Shown in pieces: positions 13,671-27,300 of a DNA stretch of 64,000 bases. Made by a program: the position numbers and the translations under genes. Source of the stretch: Amoebophrya sp. A120 (Eukaryota; Protista; Dinoflagellata); NCBI GenBank assembly GCA_905178155.1, contig CAJINV010000011.1, forward strand, positions 2,652,485 through 2,716,484, read 5' to 3'. Each line of letters begins with the position of its first letter. Position 1 is the first letter of the stretch. The notes beneath the pieces were generated by a model. That model did no database searches and was not told the origin of the DNA. It was given only the letters and a program-made list of their open reading frames with translations.

Positions 13671-16600
13671 TCAGCACCTCCTCGGATGGTTCTGGTGCAT
13701 GTTGGAGTATGAAAATGCGGAGCCTTGGTACTTGAGCCCGCTCAACAACGCCTGCCTCACGCACTCCACGTCCGCGCGCTCGCCATCCTTCACTTGTTTC
13801 GCGATGTTCGTCCCCTTCCTCTCTTCACAGGCTTGCAGCTGGAAGTTGTCCTCGAACTTCATGTCACGAAGCAAGTCGCGGAGTTCCTGGGAGCCCGGCG
13901 GGTGGGTCTTGGCCTTGTTGTTCATCATGGACAACAGCGAATTGTTGTCGGTGTGGACCGCAATCCCGACGGGCTGCTTCTTCCTGAACGCGTGGGTTTC
14001 TTTCTGCAGCAAGATCGCAAGGCCGAAGGCAAGCGCCGCAAACGAAGCCGTAGCGTCGGACAGCTTGATCAGGGGCTTCGCATCTAGGAGACCTAGTTTA
14101 TAGTGGCATGGTGAATGAACTAGAAGGAAAGACATAGCTTTGTCGGGATTCATAAAAAGCAGGCAATGCAAGCACAAGCTAGGGTAAATTGTAGATAGAA
14201 AAACATACGTACCTTCAAACGTCATTTGGAAGCACAAATCCACACCTCCTTCTTTCGAAAGAACGGCCCGCAAGTCGCACGTGTTCGTCTGCGTATTCAG
14301 GTTGCAGGCTGCCACATGCATCCGGTACTGAATTGGTACGGCGGCGTCAAATTGTTCGAATGACGATTGATTCTTGTTCAAATCCCGACTTGAAGCGCCA
14401 TACCATCCGTTGTGATTGGCTGCAGAAGCCGAACTTGAGCTCCATTCTGCCCGCTCGTCATTTGGGTAACCGTACATTCCGTGCTTACCCTTGCCTGTCT
14501 TTCCTTTGCCCTTCGCCTCGAAATCGTCCTCGTAGTCGCGCTCGCGCGAGCGACGACGGCCTTTGCAGCTCCCGTAATTATGTTGGCGGTAATTGTCTCT
14601 GGAACTACAGGACCTGTGGTCTCGTCTCCCCCTGCCTTTCCCTTTACCGTAGTGATCACCATCTTTCCCAACGCGACCACGTCTCGGGGTCCGCGACCTC
14701 TTCGGCTTTCGCTTGCCACCACCGTTGCTCCCCACGATTGTACGACCGCGGGCTGTTGGTGGTCTACTGTTCATCGCGGGTCGAAGGATCGGGGGCCGTT
14801 TGTCGACGTCTCGGTCGTCCCTCCTGCTTCGTTTGCGACTCCTGCTACGTCTGCGTGACGAGGACCTGGAACGTCGCTTGCGACCGTAGCCGGCCACGCC
14901 AATCATCTCCTTCTCCTCCACCTCGCGGCGGGATTTTAAGATGGGCAGAGGTGGTCCTCGGGCGGTGCTACTACTGGAACTAGAACTGGAAGTAGCTGCA
15001 GGCTCAGGTAGTTGCCTCACATTCACTTTTGGCTGCCCGAGCTCGACGCTGTTGGCCCCGGTACATGTTGCGCTTTGTTTCGTTTTTCTTCGCTTTTGCT
15101 CTAGCATGTCCTTGAAGCGGGCCATGTCGCGGGCTGTCGGACGGTTAGCTCGCTCTGTCAACTTCTGGATCACTGTGTCGGTGGGCAAGCTGTGTTTTTG
15201 TGAATTCAATGCAGCTTCATGTTTCTTCATCGCATGCAAAATCCTAAAATCAAACCTGAAATACCCCAACGCCAACTCGCCATCACAAATAAACCAAAAC
15301 CATTGGTTTATTTTTGAAAAATTATACCAGAGTTCCACTAGCTTCTTCGTCTGCGAGACTCGTATCGACGCCAAATCCAGCCACTCCTTCTCCTGCAAAT
15401 CCGTCGGGCCCTTCAGCAACTTCATAGCGAAATCTTCCGGCTTCCGCGTCAAGGTCACTTCGTACAAACCGTACGGCATCTTCCGGCGACCCTCGTACTT
15501 CAAGTCCTGCTTGTTCCATTTGTCCGCGTACATCATTCGCAGGGAATCTCCGTGCGAGGAGCCTTTGTCGAATACGGTTGTCCAATCCACGATCTGCTCG
15601 TCCACGGGAACAGTGGCCGCTGGTCCTCCCGCCGGTCGCTTCAAAGTAGAGCTGCTACTCGCCGAAGTAGCGCTTGAAGAGGATGAGGCAGCATGTACTT
15701 GTTCGGATATGGGATTCGAACCGGGCTTGTTGAGAGGCGTCATTTTGATCTCCCCTGCAGCATTCACCGCGAGTTGCCACAACTTCCTCGCACGCTCCTT
15801 GTCGATTACGCAATCCGGCCAGACGATGTGCAAGCTGATCTTCTGCTGGCAATACGGATGCTGGGCGAAGCCGGTAGCGGAGGTTATCAGACACCGGGTG
15901 GAGCTCTTCAGCTTCGGCCGGCCGCTTTCATCCATCACTGGGCACCCATCTGCGTCGATTTCCTGCCAGTACGGCGTCACTGCGGCAGCTAAAATTTGCA
16001 CGCAGCGGTGGACCCAGTGCTGTTCCTCCTCCTTACTCAGCTCGGGTGGCTGAAGATTTCCGGTTCCGTGAAAGTCCGCGGGCGGTGGGATGAGAATGTC
16101 GACATCCTGGAACCAGTTGAAGTTCGGAAAACTGGCTTTTTCCGTGATCGACGGAGTTTGGAAGCCTTGCGCTTGTAATTGCGCCATGGTTTCGTGCAAT
16201 TCCCCCTTCTGCGCCTGGTCGTCCACGAAGAGCTGGGGCGGAAAGGCCCGGTCGCCCTTCGTCCCACTGATGATTGAATGCGTCATCAACGCCCGGTCGG
16301 GATCCGCAAGCCGGTTTCTATCGCCGAGGCGGGAAATGTTCTCCCAGAGGCGGCGTTTCTCGTCGATGTGGTTCAACTCGTTGTCGGGAAGGGATAGATT
16401 TACCGCGTTAAATTTCCCTGAATAGTGTCGGTCTGGTCTCACTTCGAAAAACACTGCCGCCTGCCTTGGCATGTTTGGGTGCTCCCGCTGGAGGCGTTCG
16501 AGTTCTGGTGGGGGAACGAAGAACTCACGCTCCGTGTTCCACTCGCGAAGGAAAGCGAAGCCCCGACCTGAGATTCAGTCACGCCTGCGTTAATACTTCA

Positions 16601-18292
16601 CACGCCGGCTGGGCAACAACCATGATCTTGCTTGTGCGAGGACACATACGACTGAGACTCAAGGTAGCTCAAAATATCATAAAAAAAACTACCATCCGGC
16701 TTCGAGTAGAATCTTCCCGTTAGACGCGCCGTTTCGCTGGGATGGTGTCCGCGCCCTGGCCAGTAGTCGCGCTCAGCATTCCCATTTTGCAGAGAGCTCT
16801 GCGCCTCTTGCAGCCTCTCGCGCGAACAGGATCGGTTTTTTGCGCGAACGGTTGTGCTGTCAGCCCCCCCAGACAAGGATTTGGTCGCTTCTGGACTGGT
16901 CCCGCCGCTGGCAGTCGTGCTTTTGCTTTCATTCGCTTTGGTTTTGATGTCCCCGACCCCAAAAGAAAGAGTTGCAGACTCCCCTTCCTCCGCGGAAACC
17001 GCCGCCGGGTGCTCGTCCGGCATCATCGTGGCAAATGCGCTGTTGTCAGGATGACGATGAGAGGCGGAGGCAGACTCGATACTTAGACCACGGTTATCGC
17101 CTTCTTGCCGCAGCACCTCAGGCGCCACTGGTGTGATTGCGGAAAGGGAAGCCGAATCTTCTTCCCGAACACCCACGACGCTCTGCTCGCTCAATGACCT
17201 GTCGTGACGAGCACGAGCCCCGGTGGAGTCCTCTTCGCGGTCTTCATCTATGGACAGCTTCTGCTGGTGGTGCTGAAGATCGTCAGCGAGCCATTCGCTC
17301 CGGATAGAGTTTGGTAATTTGGGTGTAAGCTTCTTGTTTTTCTCGATTTCGCGAATTACGATGAAATTATGGGAAAGACCGTCAGATGAGTCGGCATTTC
17401 GCTCGTATTCAAAAAGCTGTCCATCGTCTGTCTGCCAAAACCGTTGTCCGCATTTCGTGTAACCAGCCTGCCCCTGTCGTGATTGTCATTTTCATTCTGA
17501 TGCTCCATGCAAGAACCGCATATGTAGCTTAAAAAAGCACCATCAACTCATGGTCATGCTCATGGAACAAAGGGCATTATATAAGCATGTTTCACTTAGA
17601 CTTACCAGTGGAAGCCAGTTTTGCAACGGCGGCATTTTTCCGTGTATACGATAGCCCTCGTCATCGTATCCTGCATGCGGAAAGTCAGAAACGACGTCGG
17701 TAACCAAACGCGGTCCATTTTTGCTTCGCAGAATGTTTTCTGGGTCCGGAACGAAGGGATTACTGGCTGCGGCGCCGGTGCTGATGCGAGTGCGACGTGG
17801 TTCGACGACGGCGGAAGAACTACTCGAGCTGGAGAAAATTGTAGAAAGTAAACCAGCAGTTGCAGTTGTTGCTATGAAAAGCGTTACATCCCGATTCACT
17901 GCAGCGTCGCTTTTCACGATGCGGTCGTCCTCGATCCCAACGCCGGCACCATTAGCGCTATCATCACGGTCAACACTGTCCTCTTCGTTGGAGAGCAAAT
18001 CCCTACTCCGTTCGCCGCTTGGTCTTCTTCTAGAAGTGCTATCTAGCTCTACGTCAATGCTTCTGATACTCTCTATAGTATCGTCGCTAGCAGCACCATC
18101 GCTCTTTTTGTCATCTTCTGGCGTGCAGTCATTGTCTTGCCCACTCGCACTGGCAACACCCTCCTCGCCTCGCACCTCATTTTTTCGTGCGCTTGGTAGT
18201 TGTGCTGTAGCAGAGCTAGTAGCCAGCACGGGAGCTGCCAAGGGCGCTGGCAGATTGAAATCGGTGTCAACTGCAGTGATGGCTGCGGTCAT
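13671..18292 (-). CDS. Multi-exon protein with an NCLDV-type archaeo-eukaryotic primase (AEP) domain, an Arg/Ser-rich linker and a degenerate RNase H-like C-terminal domain
   Basis: AEP motifs WFQDVD, KISLHIVWP, WTTVFD and SLRMMYADK in ORF 13671-16472. Upstream ORFs 16598-17194 and 17543-18394 probably join through GT-AG introns. Start codon uncertain. Confidence 0.65.
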
Positions 18293-19720
18293 TGTCCTCG
18301 CTTTCACTGGGCTCGCGGCTCTCCAGGTAGAGGTTGGGTGATAAAGGCTGACGAAATTATCCGGCCACGACTTGATAAAAGTAAAGAGCAACAAATCATT
18401 AAACTGCTCGCATTTCTAAACTTCGCTCCACGTAGAATTCTTCTTTCTTCATCACTCGGGAGTGGAGGGTTTCCTCACAGCCCAAACTAAATTCATCGTG
18501 ATACTGCTCAACATTTTCGTAGTGGCGTTTATGTCTATGGCTAGGTTGTCTTGTGCTTCGGTTCTCCTGAAGAGTCAGTGTAGCGTAGAACCTAGGAAAA
18601 CTAAGATAAACATATGTGCTTTTAGTATAGTGATGAAGATGAAAAAGCTACAGCGAGAGCGGGAGCTCAGTTTGGATCGCCGATTTAGGATCTATTTGCC
18701 TTTCAGCTTCAGCTACTAAAAAGGTCCATGCGTCCGTGTCATAAAACTAAAAGCTCCTGACGCGGTCTAGTAACTGCGTGTGCAAATAGGTACTACATAC
18801 GTTTTGATCTCTATAGTCAGTGTGGCTGCGCGGCAAGCGCGTGCGCGCGGAAGATTGATGTCCTTGATCATAATAGGAACTGGAAAGTGCCTGCGCGTGT
18901 CAGTGAACATCGTCCTGCCTTCGTTGTCCAAGCAGGTCGCGGTTGGTGTCACGCGCGGATATGTCCTGAGGCTGAGCTACGCTGTTCTTGCGAATGCATC
19001 ATAAGCGATTCCAACAAAGACTGCACAATTGAACCAAAGAACTGTTACTTCATCAACACGTGATGATCGACGTCATTTTTATGCAACTACAAATTGTATT
19101 CCCAGAAGTACGTAGAGAAGCATTTTAGATGGCCTGCTTGGTTTCCCGGAGGAAGAGAGCGGCAGCAGTGTGGAAAATGAAGCCCGCGACGAGAGAGACG
19201 CCCAAATTTCTGGCGATCAAGTCGAAACGCAAATGACCAGCAAGAAAAATAACGGACTCAGGGCACCTTGCTTTGGAAAATTATCGGGAACAAGCAGCGA
19301 AAAAGGACGAATATAACGGTTTTCCGCCCTGGAAGTATTCTTGAACGGGGGCAAAGTAAAAATAGTGAAACTACTCATCGTTGCCGTAATCATGGGTGAC
19401 ACCGAAAAACTTTCATGAAGATTTTTCCCATGAACAATGCCAAGGCTCCCATGTGACTGCGTTTTTCCATAGCCGGGAGACCCGATCATCTGCACGCTGT
19501 CGTGGTGGTGATCTCGCATGAAGTTACCCACACTACTGGTTCAACGGCGCAGCTGGTCTCTGGTCCGCGGCATACAGAATCAAACAGCAGCCGAACGCTC
19601 AACGGAATCTATTTCTTCCCCCTCGTCGTCCTCGGCCTCGAAAGTACGAAGGAAGAAAATCGCTTCGCGGGCACCGTCGGTGTTGACCGCACCGTTTGGC
19701 ATTGGCATCACCACTCGTCC

Positions 19721-21826
19721 CTACGGCCACGGGTAATCCAACACGGTCTGGTACACAAAAAGCGAAATACCCGCGCCCGGTACACACCGCGCCAGCCGTG
19801 GCACAAAGCCGCGGTAGAGCGCGAACACCCCTTCTCGCCGGAGGATGTGAAACATGACACCAAGTGCTGACGGGCTCCACTGATTCCTCCTCAATGTTGA
19901 TGTTCTTGCGCCGGTTTTTGCTTGAGCTGCACTTAATATGTCGCCTCCAACTACAGAGGTTGCGCTCAGCGGTAGACTGCTTTTTGGGACTGCAATTGCT
20001 GGCGCAGAAGATGTAGTTCCCATTGTCCTCGGACAAACGACGTTTGTCTCCACGGAATTCCCCACCGACGCTTGTATTCTGGTTTTCACCAAATCAAACG
20101 GGGCACTGAAGATCGCACCGACAACACCGGCGAAGCACCCACTCAGGAAATGCACGGGCAGAATGTTGCAGCTTGAGGCGCACCAGTTGTGACTGTTCAG
20201 TTTTGTTGTGGAGAACGATAAAGACGCTCCCGCAGATGAAAAATCCTCGCCTGATGAAGTACAATTCCTACTTGTTGCGCCGCCGGACGACAACAGCGGG
20301 GGTTGCAGAAAACACCGTTGAAACATGGAGTCCGGGTCGCTCAGTTGGTCTTTCGCCCAACTCACACTGCTGAAAAACACCCCGTTAAAGAGAAACCCCC
20401 GTTGCATCGTGCAGCTCATCCCCCGAATAAGGGCGACCGGGCCCTCTTTGCGGTAGACCTGCGCCATCGCGTCGAGCAGGCCGCGGTTGTACTCGTGGCG
20501 GTATTCTGGGAGCTGCATCCGCACCTTAATCAGCTCGGAGGTCACCACGATCGGCGCCTCACTGGCACCAGTCAAAGCGCCCGCGGCAAAAGCCGCTTGG
20601 TAGCGATCGGACCGGGGGGGTGGAGGGGTTATTCTCATGTTTCTGGTAGCGATGCTCATCTTCCGTGTGGCGCCGACAGAAGAAGTTGAAGGTGATGCGC
20701 AGCCTGCGAAATTCGCTATCCCTGCTTCTTTACTGCTGCTTATTCTTTGTAAAAACTTCGCTTCCAAGTGCCCTTGCACCATGAATTTCCAGCCGCGTTT
20801 TGGAACTTCCGTGAGGAGTGGGAACGACAGGCCGCGGTAAATGCTCAGCTTCTCTTGGCGCAAACTCGTCGCGAGCAGGCGCAGAAAGCTGGAAGCTCTG
20901 GGTGGGGGGAGGTCGCTTGCCGCTGATGTAGTTGCACCTCCGAAGGAATGAAATGAGTACCGTGACAAGTTGCTCCCACTACCGTTCCTTCCTTCCCACA
21001 CAGCCTGGTATGCTCCCCCAGGTGCCAAACGCTGCGACGAGGACGATGATGACGATGAAGAACTTGACGTGGTAGAGTATCCAGTTGACAGCAACAGAGC
21101 ATGCGGTTCGCAGGAACCAGCTGGCGCGGCCACCGCGGGACAAAAGCACGGGTGCTTATTCGTGTGATGAATGGTTCCCGAGAATCCGACGGGGCCTCTA
21201 GGGTGCCGGAACGTGGTGATACTGGAGCTTGCTTGTATGTTGGGTACTGTGGTCCTGCTTCTGCTCGTCGTCGTCTGCAACGCAGGCTGAGACAGCCGAT
21301 GAGCATCCGCGGGGACACTTGTTCTAAGCGTTACGCCCTCTCCTGTTCCGTGGTGCGACAAATTAGTCCCCCGTGAAGATGGATACGACCCTCCTATTCC
21401 AGTGCGCGTCGAGCAGGCCGCTGCGCCACCAGTTTGCACCGGCCGCGAAGATGAGGAAGAACTGGAACTAGAAGTAGACGCTGTTGACGGCCCGGCACCA
21501 ATCAAGCGCGGCAACAGCTGCAGCTGCCACGGCTTGCCGTAGTGGATTTTTGCGGGAGCGGGCGGAGAAAGAGTCATTGAAGTCGCTCGACTGGCGTAGC
21601 AAGTTGAAGTTCCCGGTTCGTACTGCATCCTGGTTTTGATCACATCAATCGGGTAAAGGAGCACCATATCCACCAGACCAGCAGTGCTGCCCGCAACCAT
21701 TCGCCGGGTCGCCGTTGGCTGCGGTGGTCCTTGCGAGTCTTTTGGTGTCGGAGCTGAGTAAGTGCAGGAACTCGTCCCAGCGTCTTTAATACTTGCGTCT
21801 TTCTTCATGTTTGAACGAAGTGGCAT
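19721..21826 (-). CDS. Mitochondrial carrier (SLC25), 2-oxodicarboxylate carrier-like, with long Ser/Thr-rich insertions
   Basis: Three carrier signatures: PIDVIKTRMQ, TSELIKVRMQ, PFDLVKTRIQ. TEVPKRGWKF resembles ODC/SLC25A21. Confidence 0.88.
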   Translation of the reverse strand: MPLRSNMKKDASIKDAGTSSCTYSAPTPKDSQGPPQPTATRRMVAGSTAGLVDMVLLYPIDVIKTRMQYEPGTSTCYASRATSMTLSPPAPAKIHYGKPWQLQLLPRLIGAGPSTASTSSSSSSSSSRPVQTGGAAACSTRTGIGGSYPSSRGTNLSHHGTGEGVTLRTSVPADAHRLSQPALQTTTSRSRTTVPNIQASSSITTFRHPRGPVGFSGTIHHTNKHPCFCPAVAAPAGSCEPHALLLSTGYSTTSSSSSSSSSSSQRLAPGGAYQAVWEGRNGSGSNLSRYSFHSFGGATTSAASDLPPPRASSFLRLLATSLRQEKLSIYRGLSFPLLTEVPKRGWKFMVQGHLEAKFLQRISSSKEAGIANFAGCASPSTSSVGATRKMSIATRNMRITPPPPRSDRYQAAFAAGALTGASEAPIVVTSELIKVRMQLPEYRHEYNRGLLDAMAQVYRKEGPVALIRGMSCTMQRGFLFNGVFFSSVSWAKDQLSDPDSMFQRCFLQPPLLSSGGATSRNCTSSGEDFSSAGASLSFSTTKLNSHNWCASSCNILPVHFLSGCFAGVVGAIFSAPFDLVKTRIQASVGNSVETNVVCPRTMGTTSSAPAIAVPKSSLPLSATSVVGGDILSAAQAKTGARTSTLRRNQWSPSALGVMFHILRREGVFALYRGFVPRLARCVPGAGISLFVYQTVLDYPWP

Positions 21827-22527
21827 TACGTGGGATATTCTTCAGTTGGTAGCCGCAAGAAAAAAAAAACGGTGGTGGCGTACTACGCGTCCACGATCTT
21901 CAAAAAGCTTCTTTCTCGGGGTGGCTGAAGTGCAGAAAGCCGGTGGACACATGGTTCGCTGCATCTTCTGGTGAACCCGCGGAAACACGACTTGCAGCTT
22001 TACATTGTACTAGTGGAAGCAAGAGGGCAAAAAACTCTTTCCTTGTTGATGTTGCTGATAAGGATATAAGAAGAGTGAACAATCTATCTCGTTTCGTCTC
22101 ACACTTCTCAAGGTCAAGACTGATGAAAATTATGTCCGATCTAACTGCATACGTACACTACTAGCGCTTTCTGGTGGTAGAGAAAGCCATCGGAGACGGC
22201 ACCTAGAACAATTCTCGGAAGCAACACAAGAGCAAAAACGCGGCGAAGTAGATGTGCTCAAAGGTATAATCCGCTATCACAGCACGACGAGGTGGAACAC
22301 TTTGATTTTAATATTAAGTGTGTGCGTACTACGCAAGCTCTTTGCCAAGTCGGCGACGCTGAAAAGGACAATGCTGAAATAATACTTTGCCATGTTGATG
22401 CGCACAGATGGAGTAAGTACCATTCAACGATGTGTCAAAAAGCCAAAATCGGAGGGTGATCGGTCCATTGAGGGAGGTGGAGCACCAGGCACCAGTACCA
22501 GAGAAAGCACTCTATAGCCATTTCTTC

Positions 22528-23589
22528 TCAGAATTGCGGCGACCGGAACTCGATTTCCAGCTCGTGCGCGTCTTTTAGTTCCAGATGGTGAAAGGAACAC
22601 GCGTCCCCTATCCGTTCCTTCAGTTCCTCGATGATTTGCATCTGCAGGTCCGCGTAGCGTCGGTGCGTAAGTTCGATGAACGTGTATTTTTTCAGGACGT
22701 CTTTGGCGTCGAGGTCGAACTCTTTTTCCAAAAACCCGCGGCCAAAATCTCGCCCGAACGTTTGCCATATCTCTGGCGCCCAGTGCAGCTTGATTTTCAG
22801 CGCGCATCGCATGTGGATCTGAGGTATGATGTTGGAAGCACGTAGGTGGGCTATCTCGAGCAACATCAAACCTTGGTGCACAAAAAAACGCTTGTTGCAG
22901 CAGAAGAAATCTATCGTTACCTCGATATCCTTCCCATCTACCGTCTTGTAGGTGCGTATAAAGCGCTTCAGAACAGGACTTAGCCGCATGGACACGTAAC
23001 TGTCGCGGAGGGGGTTTGTTATCAGCAGCATCCCGCCATCAAAAACGTGGGGCTGGGCCTGATAAAAAATTTTGTTTGTTCATCTTGATCCATCTATAAT
23101 GTTCTAGTTCAGTTCGAAAAATCAAACACCGGCGGGACCAAGTTCACGAGCAGATAGAGAAACTATAATTGGAAGGATTGTATGTACAAGTACCTTCCCG
23201 TCATTGATGAGGAGTCCGACACAGCCTGGCGATATTCTCCTGACAGAGAACCAGCAGGCCGCGGCCACACTGACCGTGGAAGCGAACATGAGAAAGTTGA
23301 CGCGGTTTCGTTTTATCGCGTAGATTATGCATTGCAAAAGTATCGCACTCGTAGTAATCGCATTTATGCATTATTTCCTTCTCAAGCTAAATCCGCATTA
23401 GAAATTCCATTTCTCATGCTGAGGAAATTTGTAATGCAGTTTATACTAGTTCAGTTCTAGTACGATGTTCTTTTTGCATTACATATAGATGGGGCGTTGG
23501 AAGGTCCGGGCGAGCAGGTACCTGCTGATCTTCGTACCGAGGACAAGTTTCTGTCCTCGGGAAAGCGTGGCGGGAACCGGGGCTGACAT
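22528..23589 (-). CDS. Divergent prohibitin-like (SPFH/band 7) protein
   Basis: N-terminal TM segment, then KTVDGKDIE and PEIWQTFGRDFGRGFL...ELKERI, matching the prohibitin pattern. One introner and two probable GT-AG introns. Confidence 0.65.
23326..23485. mobile_element. Introner family D
   Basis: TSD tagat; starts tatgcattgcaaaagtatcgcactcgta. Removal gives QRPIYAIKR. Confidence 0.9.
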
Positions 23590-24381
23590 CGTGATCGCGC
23601 CGGAGGGTAGAAAGAAAACCAGAACGAGAACTCGTACTCGCTGTGATGGTATAGTTTTCCCGAAAGTACGTAAACTACGGAGGTCTGAATCCCATCTGCG
23701 TGTTCAGCAAGTCGTCTGGTAGAAAAGCACAGCAGCCGTAAAAAAGTTTACCGCACCCGCCAGACCGCTTCCATCGTTTTTGAGTACACGATCATCTACA
23801 TCTGCGTAGCAGACGCGTTGCAACGATCATCTGCGTACAGAGCAACTCTTGTGCATTATCCAGCGTTGTGGATCATCTGCGATACGTAAAGCGGACCGAT
23901 GTAAGAACCGAATCTTTTTAACAAACATGCTGCGGTCCTCTTCCTCTTTTCCGCATCCGCACCACAAACACGCACCTTGCCCAAGAACCATCAAACCCAA
24001 CAATTGTCGAGCGGTGGTAGCGACCAGTAGCACCAGCGAGCGACTTTTGTTTCCCGTTTTTTTTCCGTCCTGCGTTCAGCGTGTAAACAAAATTAGTCGC
24101 GTTGGTTGGCGTCGGCAATAAAATCGAAGTATTCAGAAATTGGATGGCTTCAGCTCAAACTGCTCATTCGATGGCTGCACGAGGGACAGCTCATGTTGAA
24201 TTCATTGCATCGGATGTTGTGTTGAGTAGAATCATGTAAACAATAAAGCGCAAAATATAACTTACATAAATCAGCTTCTTCGAAGGTTTTTCTTTAGTGT
24301 AAGAAGTAGAAGGGTTTCAATGTGCATCAAATTCAAAGTTCATTTCTTCCTTTGGTCTCATCCTGTTGCACCCACGTAGTT

Positions 24382-27300
24382 TCATCCCGCAGATGAATTC
24401 GTGAAAATCGGAAACCCCTCGACCGTGCTCGCCGCGATAGTGTCGATGTGCGGTAGATTCCGTGGCTCGCAGGCTTCCCGGCGCAACCGTTTCGCTTCGT
24501 CAGCGGCCAAATCTCGGTCGAACCGCAGCCAATCTAGCGCCTCTTGCTGTCGGTTCAGTACCCGCTCCTGCTGCCGCATGCGCTTCAGGAGGACTGGATT
24601 GCTGACCAGGCCGGTGGAACACAACAGCGCGACTTCGTACTCCTGGATCGCGAGGAATATTTTCCGCCTTAAGCGTTCTTCCGTTCGCTCGATCCGGCGT
24701 CCGTCTTCGACAAGTTCCTGGATGCGGAAATCCAAGCCGGCCTTCAACACCGGCAGGAGTTCCTCAAACTCGTCATTTTCGTAGTACAGGGGTTTAACGG
24801 TTCCCTGCTTGTTCCTCACCCTTTGTTGCGCCGAGGCGAGCAAGTAGGAAAATCGTTCCTGGTCCTGGAGGAGCAGTTGTTGACACGCGCTGATTTCCTG
24901 CAGCTGCAAGTCGTACAGGGCCGCGAGCTCCTTCGCCTCCGCTTCGAACACCTTGCTGCGCTCCATCGGACCTAGTTCCTCCAACTCGCGGACGAATTGC
25001 TCTGTTTTTAGAAGCGTTTGATAATTGATGTTCTTGTTCTTCATCATGACTGTAATCATGTTCATGGAAGTAGCGTCGTAATAATCAAAAGAACAGACAA
25101 AAGAAGAAACTGACAAGCAGTCTCGCAATGAACGATATTACCTGCTTTGATGATATTCTTGGTCGTCAGCCCGTCGCGCAAGATCTTTCCATCTTGTAAT
25201 TTTACCCAGACGTGCCTTGCGTCCTCGAGCGTCTTTATCCGTGCGATTCTATGCTCTAACCCGTCAATATCCTTCAGCTTGACCTTCTCGCCCTCGAGAA
25301 ATTTCGCCTTGGGATCGCGAATTTTGTCCAAGTGTTGGTCGGGGACCCGCCAGACCATCGCGTTGTTTTGCTCCCGCAGAGCGGCTGTGAGGGATTCGGG
25401 TGGTAGGGTTACAAAGAAAACCCCCGGCTCCCGCGGGTCTTCGCGCATAACGCGAACTTTCTTGCTTTCCAGGGCAGGTTCTGTCGCTTCGTAGCCGATC
25501 ACGCGAGCGAAACTGCCGGCGTTGAGGAGGGAATTGACCAGGTTGGTTGTGAGGCAGTGGACCTGAGGAGAGAAGAAAGCAAAACAAGAATGGTTCTTTG
25601 ACGTTGACTTGAGAAGCAAGGCTTCGAGTGAAGAGCCAAGAAGTAATTTCACTTCTAAAGAGCGACTGAGGAAACCCAAGCACATCCAAACTCCTATACT
25701 ATTAGTAGAGATACATCTTTTAAGCATTTGAAGTAAACTAAAACAAAAAACTAAATGGTAAATACTACATCGTTAGTAGCAAATATTAAATTTTCTCGTT
25801 TTCCTTGCACTTGATTTTCTGCCTGTGGAATGGAACTTAGCGTGCTACGCAAAAAACAATGAAGAGGAAGGAAGGAGGCAAAGACAATTAGATATCAAAT
25901 TTCGAAATCATATCAAATTTCGAAATCATACTATCATTTTCAACAGTACCTCCTGCACAGCCGGTTCCTCCAGATCCGACGACGGGTCGTAGCGTTCGAT
26001 TTGGTTCAGGTGTATCACCTTGATCGCCGTGACCAGGTCCCGCGTCACTTGCACCTGGAAATACGCGCCTGGGTAACCCGCCAAGACCACGCCCCGCAGA
26101 AAATCGTCGTTCGCGGGTGGTCTCCTTTGCTTCTTCCCCGGGGAAGAAGCCTGCTCCTTTCCGGTCATATTTTTGGTTCCAGAAGAGACCCAGACCGTCG
26201 AGCCTACCCGCGGGTAGTACTTCAAATCGCCCGGGAAGCACTTGAAGGATTTCCCGAATTGCCGCGGCTGCTTGTTTTTCGACTCCGTTCCCTCGATCTG
26301 ATCTACGCGCGTCGCACCAGCGCCGAACGCGAGCTGCGATTCGCTTATTGCGCCTGCGGGGTCAACATCTTCTCCTTCCTCGTCCATCAAGTCCTGTGCG
26401 TCGACTTCGATGCAGGTAAGAATATCTCTCCCCGCTTCGTCGACTTCCTGTTCCAACACCTGCACCACTCTGGTCGGTCCGGCCTGGCTCGTGCTTGCGC
26501 CACCGTTGACGAAGTCGAAGGTCGTTATTCCAGTGTTGTCCCCCGAAGCAAGATTCGCCATGTGCGCAAAGTCCCCAACATCGATCCACTTACTGAGCAA
26601 AATCGGGAACGCCTCGACGACGACATCGTCCTCCTCCGCTGTGACGGCCGCTAGCCTCACCCGCCACGGCTGGTACGGTCCGTGTCCGACACTCTCAACG
26701 CGCCCGATCTTCCCACTGTGCGTGAACAAAACGTCCGCTTGGGAAGTTTCCAGCATGTTCAGCTCCTCGCGACAGCGGGCAGTTAGCAGCCGATACGCGT
26801 TGAGCCGGACCAAAGAACCGGTGGCGCCGACGTGCTTGTGCTTGTCATCTTGGGGTAGGAGTTCAACTGTGCAGGGTTGCTCGTTCATTTTGATCCCGAC
26901 AAGTGTGACGTTGCAGCCGTTGAGATCCGCTGGATCGGGGTCAAGCCGCTGGACTTGGACCATGTCGTTCGGGAGAAAACCATCTGAAATTTCAGATTCG
27001 AACAAGAACGTCGTGAGTTTTTATTCTTTTTCAAATCGGAGTAGTTCCGGTACTTTGCATCAACAACGACAACTACTACAAACATCGTGGGACAACTACC
27101 TACAATTAGCCTTAGCAAGATTCTTTCAGAACAAGAAAAAAACGTATCAAGAAAAAAGAAATCTTCCAGCATACGGAAGCTCCCCTCGACCAGCAACTCG
27201 TTCTTGTCCAACTTGAACCCGTCCTTCCCATCGTGCTTCATGTGATAGTACAAATCTTCCAGTTGGTTCATTTGTCCCAACTCATCCTCCCGGATGGCCC

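Noticed and set aside
25893-25928. Short tandem duplications in introns (18-bp unit here; about 27-bp unit near 56867-56920)
   Set aside because: Two-copy slippage duplications with no further structure.
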